From a virus: DNA of 45,985 bases. How positions within the stretch are numbered: the stretch's first letter is position 1; every line of letters begins with the position of its first letter. Positions 18,004-31,647 of this stretch are shown piece by piece. The notes under the pieces were generated by a model. The model saw only the letters and a program-made list of their open reading frames with translations. It was not told the DNA's origin and made no database searches. The stretch lies in the UHGV virus genome UHGV-0017783. The stretch is one strand, 5' to 3'. Made by a program: the position numbers and the translations under genes.

Positions 18004-18169
18004 TAACGGTAAGTATGAAACTGTAGTGAGTAATGGAAGGATTGAAATTTATCGCCATGGAGAGTTATGGCGCGACGAAACGGGAGATAACTATATATTG
18101 TCTCTTCTATTTAAAATTGATGAATTAGGTGGTGATGATGCATCTCTACGAGATAACCAAACAGCTTAA
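17987..18169 (+). CDS. hypothetical small protein overlapping Sak4 end and Gp157 start
   Basis: 60-aa ORF in alternate frame; weak SD; could be spurious. Confidence 0.25.
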   Translation: MRIKTDNGKYETVVSNGRIEIYRHGELWRDETGDNYILSLLFKIDELGGDDASLRDNQTA

Positions 18170-18617
18170 TGAACTGCTGGCGATGGAGGATATTCCACGG
18201 GAGCAGATTGAAGATACCATAAATCTTATTGAAGAGGAGTTTGAAGGAAAGGCTGAAATGGTTGCTGCTTACATTCGTGAGCTTGAAGCTGATGAAGCTG
18301 GACTTAAATCCGAGATTGACCGTCTTTCTGAGCGTAAGCGTGTTTTAGTTGCGAAGATTGATAACCTTAAAGGTTATCTTCTTCAAAACATGGTGGCGTC
18401 AGGAAAGACAAATATCAAAGGCAAGTTGTTCAGTATCACCATTGGAAAACCGTCACCAGTTCTTGATGTGTTTGTTCCTGTTGAGCGGCTTCCTGAGCAG
18501 TACCGAGTTGTGAAAGTGTCGGCAGATAATGCAGCAATTAAAAATGCGATAAAAGCCGGGATTGAAATTAAGGGTTGTGCCATCACCGACGGCAAACCAA
18601 AACTGATCATCAAATAA
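18135..18617 (+). CDS. Gp157-family protein (siphovirus Gp157, Sak4-associated)
   Basis: coiled-coil N-terminus and conserved C-terminal region typical of Gp157 proteins found with Sak4/SSB. Confidence 0.55.
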   Translation: MMHLYEITKQLNELLAMEDIPREQIEDTINLIEEEFEGKAEMVAAYIRELEADEAGLKSEIDRLSERKRVLVAKIDNLKGYLLQNMVASGKTNIKGKLFSITIGKPSPVLDVFVPVERLPEQYRVVKVSADNAAIKNAIKAGIEIKGCAITDGKPKLIIK

Positions 18618-18634
18618 ATCGAGAGGACACAAAA

Positions 18635-19156
18635 ATGGGTTTCTGGAATCTTTCTGACGGTAAAGCTGTTGAATCTAAATCTGAATTTGAACTGGGTGGT
18701 GGTTTTGAAGTAATTCCTGATGGTAGCCGTGTTCTTGCTGCCGTTGAAGAATGTAAAGACGACCAGTGGGAAGGTGAGCGATTCTTCAATCTTAAGTGGC
18801 GAATCCTTGATGGTGAGTATAAAAATCGCATCATCTTCCAGAAGCTGAAAGTATTTAGCTCAAAAGAAAAGCAGCGTGACAATGCTATCACTATGCTTGC
18901 AGCAATTGACGCAAACGCCGGTGGTAAGCTGATGGCATCAGGGAAAGAGCCGACTGATTTTGCTATTGCCAGCGCGCTTGCAAATCGCCCAATGATTCTT
19001 CTTCTGCGCGTTTGGGAATCTGAGGATAAGCAAAAAACTGGTAACTATGTGGCTGGTGTTTTCAGTCGTCAACAGACAAAAGCAGCGCCTGCTCCTAAGC
19101 AATCTGCACCGTCTAACGAGCCTCCGATGGACTTCGATTCAGACGTGCCATTTTGA
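18635..19156 (+). CDS. ssDNA-binding protein (DUF669-like) with SSB-type acidic C-terminal tail (..PPMDFDSDVPF)
   Basis: C-terminal DFDSDVPF resembles E. coli SSB tip DFDDDIPF; Gln/Pro-rich linker; position after Sak4/Gp157. Confidence 0.6.
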   Translation: MGFWNLSDGKAVESKSEFELGGGFEVIPDGSRVLAAVEECKDDQWEGERFFNLKWRILDGEYKNRIIFQKLKVFSSKEKQRDNAITMLAAIDANAGGKLMASGKEPTDFAIASALANRPMILLLRVWESEDKQKTGNYVAGVFSRQQTKAAPAPKQSAPSNEPPMDFDSDVPF

Positions 19157-19170
19157 TTTAGATTGGAATG

Positions 19171-19197
19171 ACAGGGCCATTCGTGGCCCTTTTTATT
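19171..19197 (+). terminator. rho-independent terminator after ssb
   Basis: agggccattcgtggccct + ttttatt. Confidence 0.6.
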
Positions 19198-19209
19198 CGA
19201 GAGGAAATT

Positions 19210-19398
19210 ATGAAAGAAAATAAAGAAAAATATGAAAAGTTCATGAGTTTTTCCGCGTGGAGAGAATTTGGTTTTACAGTAATAAAAGGTGAAAAATCAA
19301 GTTTTAGAAGTCCAGATGGTATTCCATTATTCAATGAGTCTCAGGTTACTGAGATAGATGATGATATTTTAGATCTAAATCATTGCGATTTATATTAG
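19210..19398 (+). CDS. hypothetical protein (62 aa)
   Basis: ATG with GAGAGGAAATT SD-like context. Confidence 0.35.
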   Translation: MKENKEKYEKFMSFSAWREFGFTVIKGEKSSFRSPDGIPLFNESQVTEIDDDILDLNHCDLY

Positions 19399-19408
19399 GA
19401 TTTGATTT

Positions 19409-21274
19409 ATGAAATATACGCTAAGGCCATACCAACAGGAAGCGGTTGACGCGGCTATGGCACACATTCGCAGCACCATCTCATCATGCGTTATCATCCT
19501 CCCGACAGGTGCAGGAAAATCTATGGTTGTGGCAGAACTTGCATCTCGTATTTATAGCATGAGCAAAAAGCGAGTTTTGTGCATTGCTCCCACAGCGGAA
19601 CTCGTCACACAAAATCGCGCTAAATACCTTCTTACCGGAGAACCAGCCAGCATGTTCAGCGCAAAGGCTGGACCAAAAAACCTGCGGCATCCGGTGGTGT
19701 TTGGCTCACCAGTTACAATCAAGAACTCAATAGAGATGTTTGGTGATAAGTATGGCGCTGTCATTATTGATGAATGTGATGGAATAACTCCAACCATTAA
19801 ATTTATTATTAATGAAATGAAGCGCCGCAATCCAAAACTGCGTGTTATTGGAATGACCGCTACGCCTTATCGCCTTGGAACTGGATACATCTACAAAGAG
19901 CATTACCTCGACGGTCCTACAGATGAAGAAACTGCCATTGACCCATATTATGATAAGGTTGTTTATGAGCTTGAGGCTAAATTCCTCATTGAAAACGGAT
20001 ACCTTACGCCGCCAGTCACAGAGCCTGTTGTTGATGAATATGATACGTCTTGTCTTGAAAAGGATAAGTTGGGTCGGTACACAACAGCTTCAGTTGAAAA
20101 GGCGATGGTTGGCAAGGGAAGGAAAACATCACGCATTGTTGAAGATATTATCCGTCGCTCTGTTAATCGGCGCGGAACGATGATTTTTGCCAGTACTAAG
20201 AAACACGCTATGGAGATAATGGAGTCACTTCCTCCCGGTTCTTATAGTTATGTTTTTGGTGATATGCCGACAGCTGAACGCAATAAGGCAATATCAGACT
20301 TCAAGGCGCAAAAAGTTAAATACATCGTCAATCAGAATATCCTTACTGTAGGGGTTGATGTCCCTCATTGTGATCACATAGCAGTAATGAGAGCCACAGA
20401 ATCACCAAGACTCTACCAGCAAATAATTGGCAGGGGGACGCGTCTTTATGAAGGAAAGGAAGACTTTCTTGTCAGCGATTACGCAGGCAACATTCAGCGC
20501 CACTTTTCTGAGACTGGGGACTTGTTCACTCCAGAAATAAAAGCAACAAGGAAAAAACCATCCGTGCCAATGGATGTCAAATGCCCTCTTTGTGGCTTTA
20601 TCAATGAATTTGGCGTGCGCCCAAACCCGGAAAATCTGGAAGTTGACAAGGAAGGTTACTGGCTTGATTTGGCTGGTGACAGGGTGATGATTGATATTTT
20701 TGATAAATCAGGTGAAAAAATTGGAAGCAAGCCTATGCCTGCCCATTTTGGGAGGAGGTGTAAAAACTACGTTATGCACGGCCCATTAAGGGAAATGCAC
20801 AGGTGTACTTATAAGTGGTCGGTGAAAGAGTGTCCTGATTGTGGATTTGAAAATGATATAGCGGCAAGAAACTGCACATCATGCGGCGCTGAAATCATTG
20901 ATCCAAACCAAAAGCTAAGGGAAGAAGCTGACAGGCTTGATTCTTCTCCTTATGCAACAAAGCAATCAAGCGTAACCATGATGAACATCATGAAGCATTA
21001 CGTTTCAAGTGGTGAAGATTTGGTGCACGTAAAATTTGCTATTGACCAGAAGCCATTTTTTGTTAGCAAGTTCTACAATCCAAACTCTGAAAAGGAATGG
21101 ATGAAGAAGGAGTGGGAAGAGTTTTGCGGGAAGTGCTTTGGTGAATCTGACATGTCAATTGAGGATGCAATAGCAAGAAGAGATGAAGCTGTCGCGCCAT
21201 CAGTGATTATGTTCAGAAGAGACAAAGGTAGTAAATATTTCAACGTTAAAGGCATGTATTGGGGGGTATTATGA
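19409..21274 (+). CDS. SF2 (DEAD/DExH-like) helicase with C-terminal Zn-ribbon motifs
   Basis: motif I PTGAGKS, motif II DECD, motif III TATP, motif VI QIIGRGTR; C-terminal CPLCG / CPDCG / CTSCG ribbons. Confidence 0.75.
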   Translation: MKYTLRPYQQEAVDAAMAHIRSTISSCVIILPTGAGKSMVVAELASRIYSMSKKRVLCIAPTAELVTQNRAKYLLTGEPASMFSAKAGPKNLRHPVVFGSPVTIKNSIEMFGDKYGAVIIDECDGITPTIKFIINEMKRRNPKLRVIGMTATPYRLGTGYIYKEHYLDGPTDEETAIDPYYDKVVYELEAKFLIENGYLTPPVTEPVVDEYDTSCLEKDKLGRYTTASVEKAMVGKGRKTSRIVEDIIRRSVNRRGTMIFASTKKHAMEIMESLPPGSYSYVFGDMPTAERNKAISDFKAQKVKYIVNQNILTVGVDVPHCDHIAVMRATESPRLYQQIIGRGTRLYEGKEDFLVSDYAGNIQRHFSETGDLFTPEIKATRKKPSVPMDVKCPLCGFINEFGVRPNPENLEVDKEGYWLDLAGDRVMIDIFDKSGEKIGSKPMPAHFGRRCKNYVMHGPLREMHRCTYKWSVKECPDCGFENDIAARNCTSCGAEIIDPNQKLREEADRLDSSPYATKQSSVTMMNIMKHYVSSGEDLVHVKFAIDQKPFFVSKFYNPNSEKEWMKKEWEEFCGKCFGESDMSIEDAIARRDEAVAPSVIMFRRDKGSKYFNVKGMYWGVL

Positions 21275-21726
21275 TTTTTCCAGAAGGCATTAAGGTGTAT
21301 GGAAATTTAGATTACAGAAACAAAAAGTGCCCGTCAGAAGATGCTGAACTGGAGACTTTTGTGAATCAGGTAAGGAGGCTATATCCTGACTTTGCAAGAG
21401 TTATGATTCATGTGCCAAATGAAGGAAAGCGTAAAGGGTATGAAGTTGAAAATCTGAAGAAAAAAGGTGCGCTAAACTTCGGGGCGTCAGACATCATTAT
21501 CATCGGAAAGCAATCATTCGTTATGGAGATGAAGAGAATGGATCATACTTTATCAAAATGGCAGCCCGGTCAAATGGCATACTTAAAAGTGGCGAAAGAA
21601 TTAGAATCATTCGCGTGTGTATGTCTAGGCTGGGAAGCAGCGATGATGGCATTTAACGACTGGAGAGCAATAAATTACCCAAACTATAAAAAACCATCAG
21701 AGCCATTGATATTTGATGGTTTTTAG
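21271..21726 (+). CDS. VRR-NUC domain nuclease
   Basis: PD-(D/E)xK-type residues (GASD..EMK) in ~150-aa protein; start overlaps helicase stop (ATGA). Confidence 0.55.
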   Translation: MIFPEGIKVYGNLDYRNKKCPSEDAELETFVNQVRRLYPDFARVMIHVPNEGKRKGYEVENLKKKGALNFGASDIIIIGKQSFVMEMKRMDHTLSKWQPGQMAYLKVAKELESFACVCLGWEAAMMAFNDWRAINYPNYKKPSEPLIFDGF

Positions 21727-21843
21727 CAACCACTCCAGCGACCAAAACAACAACCTCAACGACAACAGCAGCCACCAAAACAACAAATCCCACAAGGAGG
21801 TAATGAGCCTCCGATGGACTTCGATGACTCAATACCATTCTGA
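21727..21843 (+). other. in-frame post-amber extension encoding SSB-like linker + acidic tail (..QQPPKQQIPQGGNEPPMDFDDSIPF*)
   Basis: 38 sense codons in the VRR-NUC frame directly after TAG(C); 21-nt identity (gagcctccgatggacttcgat) with 3' end of ssb gene. Confidence 0.4.
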
Positions 21844-21849
21844 TGATAA

Positions 21850-21880
21850 AACTAACCCCGCCGAAGCGGGGTTTTCTCTT
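21850..21880. terminator. bidirectional terminator between replication module and tailspike gene
   Basis: aaccccgccgaagcggggtt + ttctctt. Confidence 0.55.
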
Positions 21881-21883
21881 ACA

Positions 21884-23722
21884 TTAAGCTGAAATATTAC
21901 CAGCAACCTTCCACACACCAGAACCCATATAAATCCATTTATATGGTTGCCCAGCAACGGGGGTTAATAGCTCCCATCGCGCACCATTGCCGAATTGGGT
22001 GACTGAAGAATCAGGGGGAACATCCCCGTATACATGCGCAATGCCGTTGATTTTGTAACCAGTAGATGTCCATGTGTCCGTACCCCAGATTGTATAATTA
22101 CCTCCCCAGTCTGAGTAGTTAAACTGCGAAACAGTTGCTGCCCACAGTACACGGGAAGCTGCCGGTGCAACGGTATTAATCAGGTTAATGGTAGTGTCAT
22201 TAACTTGCCAGTACTTGCTAGTAGGTGAACCAGCAAACTCCGGCAGGTAGCTGCCAGTAATGGTGACTGCGCATTGTGTAAATATGCAAGCGATGAAACC
22301 GTTATCAGTAATATTCACCCCACGGAACCCATTAATAACCATTCTTGACTGATTACACTCAAAGAAACTTCCGTGTATTTCTTCGGCCCCACAACCATCC
22401 ATCACTACACTAGTACACCCTAAGAATACATAAGCGGAACCAGTTACATAATCCGTTGCACAACCTTTAAGAGTGGAATAAGTAATATTAGTAAACTTAT
22501 ATGCCCAACGGGATACGTTCCTGACATAAACATTATTTAAGTTAAAAGTTGTACCGCCAGTATCTACAGAAATACCATCTTGAACATCTTTAATGAGAAG
22601 TGAATCAAACACCTGAAGCCAGCTATCACTTGTTCGATACCCTGTCATCACGTTTTCTATATACAGGTCTTCTAATCGAACCATGTAACTAATCGCGCTA
22701 TAGATGCCATAGGCATTTTTCGCGGTAGCAGCTCCAATTAAGCTCATCCCGGATATAGCGCCAGAACGACTAAAGTTACCGGTTAAATCCCCAGCCTCAC
22801 TGGAATCCATATCTATAGCGGCGATGAAATCAAGAGAAAAACTGTGCGGAGCACCCTGCCATATACGGTCAGGAACTGTTTTAATATCGTTGCCTGTTTT
22901 GCGTAAGCCGCATGAGTCCCTACCAATCCCCTCCCACATGACGCGGGGCGGGCATATAGCTCCATACTTAATATCATAAAAATCTGAAAATCTTAATTTA
23001 CCTCCAGTCTGTGGAAGGCAAGAATGAATACGCTCAAGAGCTTCACTGTTTTGCTCAGCTGTACGAGATGCCATCACGCCGCCGTTCTCTACAGGGATAT
23101 CGATATGGCTTCCTGCTCTCTTCCAGCGCTTACCGCCTGGGGTAACAAAAATATTCACGCCGTCATCTGCCTCAGAACTGGAAAATGCTATAAACGTTCC
23201 TCCACCAAGCCCGGGTGTATCAGAGTAGTATCCGCGAACAGTTATATTTTGCCCGACAAATGATGGCTCAATTGTTCTGAGTGTAGAAATGTCAGGACAT
23301 ACTCCGATATATTTTTCTCCGTCAGTCTTGATTAAGTCAGATCTAAGCGAAGCATCACCAACACTCAACCACGCACCTAACCCAATTCCTCCAGAGGTTT
23401 CTGGTGTAGAGCCAGAAGCTGCTGTTTTAGGAAATTCCCCATCCCAGCGATAATATTCTCCAGTTGCCTCATAACGCAAAACCTGATTAGGTAGCGTCAG
23501 TGTTGCACCATCTTCGAAGCTGTCCATCGTAATGTAGCCATAATTACGGATAGCTTCTTCTGCGGTGTACTGAAATCCAGCAATTGTCCATCGGCGAACA
23601 CCGAAGCGATCGGTGTAGTAATGCGCATCAGATGTCACTACCTCGTCAATCTTCCCGGCATTAAATTTCAGGTCGCGCGGGTCTTCTGACGGGATTGGTT
23701 TATTAGTTGGTGTGGTAGCCAT
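21884..23722 (-). CDS. tailspike/tail fiber with beta-helix (pectate-lyase-like, putative polysaccharide depolymerase) domain
   Basis: 612 aa; N-terminal virion-attachment region, central repetitive beta-helix-like G/N/T-rich segments, last gene of tail operon. Confidence 0.6.
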   Translation of the reverse strand: MATTPTNKPIPSEDPRDLKFNAGKIDEVVTSDAHYYTDRFGVRRWTIAGFQYTAEEAIRNYGYITMDSFEDGATLTLPNQVLRYEATGEYYRWDGEFPKTAASGSTPETSGGIGLGAWLSVGDASLRSDLIKTDGEKYIGVCPDISTLRTIEPSFVGQNITVRGYYSDTPGLGGGTFIAFSSSEADDGVNIFVTPGGKRWKRAGSHIDIPVENGGVMASRTAEQNSEALERIHSCLPQTGGKLRFSDFYDIKYGAICPPRVMWEGIGRDSCGLRKTGNDIKTVPDRIWQGAPHSFSLDFIAAIDMDSSEAGDLTGNFSRSGAISGMSLIGAATAKNAYGIYSAISYMVRLEDLYIENVMTGYRTSDSWLQVFDSLLIKDVQDGISVDTGGTTFNLNNVYVRNVSRWAYKFTNITYSTLKGCATDYVTGSAYVFLGCTSVVMDGCGAEEIHGSFFECNQSRMVINGFRGVNITDNGFIACIFTQCAVTITGSYLPEFAGSPTSKYWQVNDTTINLINTVAPAASRVLWAATVSQFNYSDWGGNYTIWGTDTWTSTGYKINGIAHVYGDVPPDSSVTQFGNGARWELLTPVAGQPYKWIYMGSGVWKVAGNISA

Positions 23723-23761
23723 TATAATAAATGCTCCTTTGTGAATTTGATGTATATTGTA

Positions 23762-27565
<3,804 letters not shown>

Positions 27566-27566
<1 letters not shown>

Positions 27567-29935
27567 TATTCTGTTGCTCTCCGGTTTGTTGAGTAATTTC
27601 TTGAAATGGCCTGTCCTATCGCGCCATTGTTTTCGATATCACTAACAATAGTCTCAATTGTCACACTGCCGTCACCGTTATCTCTGGCGCTGCTGCTTAC
27701 CTGCGCTGAGCTGTTATTGATGATGCTGTTATAAACCACAACACCACTGCCACCGCCTGTCAGGTCTTTATTGCTGATAACTGAGCCATCGTTACCGGGA
27801 ATCATATACTGGCGACCGTTGGACGCCTGGAATATTTCAGGCAAGCCATTTTCGCCCACTTCGTACATACTTCCGGCACTAACAGGGCCACCATTTTTAC
27901 GCTTGCCAGCAATACCCATCGCCAGCGCCCCGAGAACGGCTCCTACCCCAATTGCAGCAGCACCGCCGAATGAACCGATTGATGCGACGATTGCTGCCGG
28001 AGTCCACGCTGCCGTGGTGGTGGCTGCCGCCGCAGTGGATGCTGCTGTTGTGGTTGCCAGTCCTGCCGTTTGCGCCGCCGTTGTGGTTGCCGTTGCCGCA
28101 ACCTGTGCAGTCTGTCCCATAACCGCAGATTTTACCCACTGCACGCCCATTTCGACGAAACTGTTAACCAGAGAGTTCAGCACCGTAGAGCCTAGGCTGC
28201 GCATTGCATCCTGCACGCTCATTGTGCCCGTCAGCAATCCGGTGATGCTGTTTGATGCCGTGCTCATCGCTGAATCAAGAGCAGTGCCGAAAAGCTGCGC
28301 ACCGAGGCTTTGTTGCTGCCATTCAGCCCACATGGCGTCCATTCTCTGCTGGCGATATTGTGCTTCAATTGCTGCGCGAGTTTGTTCAATCTCCGTAATT
28401 TTCTGCGGATATGCTGCGGCGTAGGCGTCAAGGTCAGCCATACGTTGCTGGTATTCACTGTCAATGCCAGTGGTTGACGACGCAATGGCGCGCAACCCCT
28501 GATATGATTTTTCTACTCTTTGCTTTTCTTTCTCCGCTTCCGCCTGTTCCTTCAATGCATTCTTCTGGTCCCAAATCTTCGCAGCGTACTCACCAGCCAG
28601 TTTTATCTGCTCCTGTGTGGCGGCTTTGCCAAGCGATTGTTGCGCATTGAGGATGGCTTGCTCGCGGGAGAGTTCGCTGGTAGATGTTGCATTGAGCATG
28701 GTTTGCTGGCGTAATTTCTCCAGCTTTTCAGCGACTGACTCAGCTTGCCGTTCTTCTGCGCTTTTACCTTTTTTCTTTTTGTCTTTGGTTGGTGCTTGTG
28801 CAATCTTCAGATGTTTTGTTGCTTCAGCCTGTTTTTTTGTCTGTTCGTAACCTTCCGTCGATGCCTTAACGAATCGCTCAACCTGTTCGTTATATAGCTT
28901 TTGCTTTTCAATGTCGTCATCACCGAAAAGTGCGTCTACTCCCATTTGTGCCCATGCGCCCGGATTTAACTTCGAGATAACCGTGGCAAGAGACATAATT
29001 TTATCACTCGTGCTGGTTGATTTATCACCAAGGAAATCAATGTATTTTGCCAGTTGGTCGATAATCTCTACTGCTGTTTTTGATGCGCCAGTCGCATCGT
29101 TAACAGCCACCACAAGTTTTGAGAATGAAACTTCAAGAGAGCCAACGGCCTGATCCATTGTGCGAGGAAGTTTTTCAAACTCAGCATTAACTACGCTTGT
29201 CCTGTCCTGAATGGCATTAAGCGCATCTTCCGCCGTCAGTTTTCCGTCGAGCATTCTGGCGCGAAGTTCACCCATTGAAATGCCAAGTCCAGCGGCTATC
29301 TGGCGTGCAAGTTCAGGCATCTGTTCAAGGATGGAGTTAAATTCTTCGGCGCGGATTGTGCCAGATGCGATTGACTGACCGAACTGACGTAATGCGTTCG
29401 CCATTTCTTCGGTTGATGACCCGCCGATTCTACCTATTTTTTGCAGGGTATCTGTAAGGTTAAGAACCTGCGCATTTGTCGCTCCAGCCTCTTTCAGTGA
29501 TGACGTTAATGTTTCCCAAAGCTTCGTGGTATCACTCAGGCTTGCGCCAGTGGTAGAGGCGATATTTGCCAGTGAACTGAATGTTTCGTTCGCGGTTTTC
29601 GCGTCAGTTGACAGGCGGGCAATCCTTGCCTGAAGCTGAGTCATGTTATCAGCAACCTCAAGGAATCGCTTTCCCCATTCGATAATCAGTGACACGGATA
29701 TTGCGCCAGCCAGCATCGACATGCTGGTTTTAAGCCCTGAAGCTGCGCCGCCAGCATTCTTCATTCCGCTGCCAGCATTGCGCGCGCCTTTATCCAGCTT
29801 GTTGAACTCTCCTGTAGTCTTGTTTAGTGATGATTCAAGGTCATCTAAAGTCTTATTGGCTGTTGTGGCGCCAGCTTTCAGGCCTTTAACATCCATCCCG
29901 ACTTCATAAACAATTCCGCCGACTTCTTCAGCCAT
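27566..29935 (-). CDS. tail tape measure protein
   Basis: 789 aa, extended alpha-helical/coiled-coil composition, Ala/Thr-rich C-terminal region, position upstream of distal tail genes. Confidence 0.8.
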
Positions 29936-30651
29936 TATGTATTCCTCGCTTTTTTCGCTTTGCGTTCAGCCAGTGCCTTCATGCGCTCACGGTCTGCTTT
30001 AGCCTGATCGTACTCTGCTGCACGTTCTTCTTTCGTTAACCCTTTCGGCTCTGGATATTTATTCTTAATCATCATCTGAAACTCTGTCATGGACAGGTTT
30101 TCTGCCTCATCGCGCGTCATATCGAAGTGCGTGCGTGCTGAGATGATGTATTGCGATGCATGAAACTCATTTGTGGTTTTCTTGCCCTGCTCTTCCAGAC
30201 GCTCAGGCACTTTGAGCGGTGACTTGCCAATGATGCCGTGCTGCATCAGGTTGCGCGCAATAATAATAATGTCGTTCACTGGCATGATGCCGGGGACATA
30301 TCGCACGCCGCGTGGTGTTGGTTTCCATCCACCAATCAGCACAGAAATATCATCTTCACAGCATGACTGCATGACAATATAGGCCGCGCTCAGTACATGG
30401 CGACCATACACAGGCTTACTGATGGTTTTCATGACCTGCATCTGCGCACCAAATGGCAGATATTCCACGTGCTGCAATGGCGCAACATAATCAATGCCAT
30501 TGAGCTTAGCGTACACCTCGACGATTTCTTTTGGTGTGCCGATTTCATTCATGGCGCGGAATGATGGCTTAAAGAAAAAACTCCTGTCGGAAAGCGAGAT
30601 GCGCATCTCCCCGATTTCTGTTAGTGGCGTGCGATTGCTCATGTTTTGCAT
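29935..30651 (-). CDS. putative tail assembly chaperone (single ORF, no obvious frameshift partner)
   Basis: 238 aa located between major tail protein and tape measure; basic/acidic C-terminal tail. Confidence 0.35.
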   Translation of the reverse strand: MQNMSNRTPLTEIGEMRISLSDRSFFFKPSFRAMNEIGTPKEIVEVYAKLNGIDYVAPLQHVEYLPFGAQMQVMKTISKPVYGRHVLSAAYIVMQSCCEDDISVLIGGWKPTPRGVRYVPGIMPVNDIIIIARNLMQHGIIGKSPLKVPERLEEQGKKTTNEFHASQYIISARTHFDMTRDEAENLSMTEFQMMIKNKYPEPKGLTKEERAAEYDQAKADRERMKALAERKAKKARNT

Positions 30652-30691
30652 CCTGAATTTGACTGATGTTGATTATATCATCTCAGTGGTG

Positions 30692-30720
30692 TTGACACCT
30701 GCGAGGCGGTGATGTAGATT
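30692..30720 (+). promoter_or_regulatory. promoter TTGACA-17-TAGATT
   Basis: TTGACA 30692-30697, TAGATT 30715-30720. Confidence 0.55.
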
Positions 30721-30759
30721 CAAGTCATCGAAATGAGTGATGAATAAATGAGGTGAGTT

Positions 30760-30951
30760 ATGAAAATTAAAATGTTGATTGCATCAGTGCTATTTGCTTC
30801 CTCCTTTGCGGTAAGCGCAACCTCTGAGGTTTGCAAAAACATCGGAGAAATCGCCATGCACACTGCCGATGCTCGCGATAACGGTATCAGCAAGAATCTT
30901 GCCGAGGTGGTAGTTAAGGGTTCCACAAAAACAACGAATCAGCAGAAATAA
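30760..30951 (+). CDS. small secreted protein (signal peptide)
   Basis: MKIKMLIASVLFASSFAVSA signal peptide; first gene of moron cassette. Confidence 0.5.
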   Translation: MKIKMLIASVLFASSFAVSATSEVCKNIGEIAMHTADARDNGISKNLAEVVVKGSTKTTNQQK

Positions 30952-31084
30952 TCGGCCTTGCTATCGTAGAAATGGTTTATGCACGCGAGGATATGACCAA
31001 AGAGCAATTGCGTGATGTATCTGTTGCTTTGTGCGAAAAAAATGGCATGTAATACAAACAGGTTATTAACAGTTGAGGTTAGCT

Positions 31085-31279
31085 ATGGACGTTGTTATTT
31101 TGTTGTTTTTTGTTGGTTTAGTGATATTTGCGTACCTTCTGCCATCTTTTGTGGCGCTGCAACGCAAGCACACAAATACGACCGCAATCTGCGTGCTGAA
31201 TATTCTTGTCGGGTGGAGCTTTATTGGTTGGGTTGCAGCACTTGTTTGGGCATTAGTTAACAGTGGCGACAAGAAATGA
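31085..31279 (+). CDS. superinfection immunity (T4 Imm-like) membrane protein
   Basis: 64 aa, two TM helices, conserved ..AICVLNILVGWSFIGWVAALVWAL.. motif characteristic of Imm_superinfect family. Confidence 0.5.
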   Translation: MDVVILLFFVGLVIFAYLLPSFVALQRKHTNTTAICVLNILVGWSFIGWVAALVWALVNSGDKK

Positions 31280-31419
31280 ACGAGCAAACAAAAGCAGACC
31301 TGATTTTCTACACTGATTTGTATGTCGATGCAGGTTACGATTACGAAGAAGCAGAACGCATGGCGAAAGACTTGCTTCGTGTGATTGGTGTGATTTTTGA
31401 TGAGGATAAGGTGATATGA
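31276..31419 (+). CDS. hypothetical acidic protein (47 aa)
   Basis: overlapping stop/start with neighbours. Confidence 0.3.
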   Translation: MNEQTKADLIFYTDLYVDAGYDYEEAERMAKDLLRVIGVIFDEDKVI

Positions 31420-31616
31420 GTCAGTGGATTAAGTGTAGTGAAATGCTACCTGGTAACGGTAGTACAGATAAAGAGTTCTTGGTGTATGAGACTTTGAATA
31501 ATGCCGTTCAGCACGACTACTACATTGTTCCTGCCGACGAGAGAAAGCCATTCTGGAATCACTACGGAAAATATGTAACGCACTGGATGCCACTACCACA
31601 ACCACCACAAGAATAA
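31416..31616 (+). CDS. DUF551-family phage protein
   Basis: N-terminal MSQWIKCSEMLP and C-terminal HWMPLPQPPQE match DUF551 signature. Confidence 0.55.
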   Translation: MSQWIKCSEMLPGNGSTDKEFLVYETLNNAVQHDYYIVPADERKPFWNHYGKYVTHWMPLPQPPQE

Positions 31617-31647
31617 AACAAAGCCCCTTTCGGGGCTTTTTCTTTAT
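31616..31647. terminator. bidirectional terminator
   Basis: aaagcccctttcggggcttt + ttctttat. Confidence 0.6.

Noticed and set aside
21806-21895. 29-aa +1-frame ORF after a perfect AGGAGGT
   Set aside because: Only 2-nt spacing between SD and ATG, and it overlaps the terminator hairpin; the in-frame SSB-tail reading is more meaningful.
27771-28650. Multiple ORFs (27771..28424 +, 27897..28139 -, 28264..28485 -, 28411..28650 +, etc.) inside the tape measure gene
   Set aside because: Antisense/alternate-frame ORFs caused by the Ala/Gln-rich low-complexity tape measure coding sequence; no start contexts.
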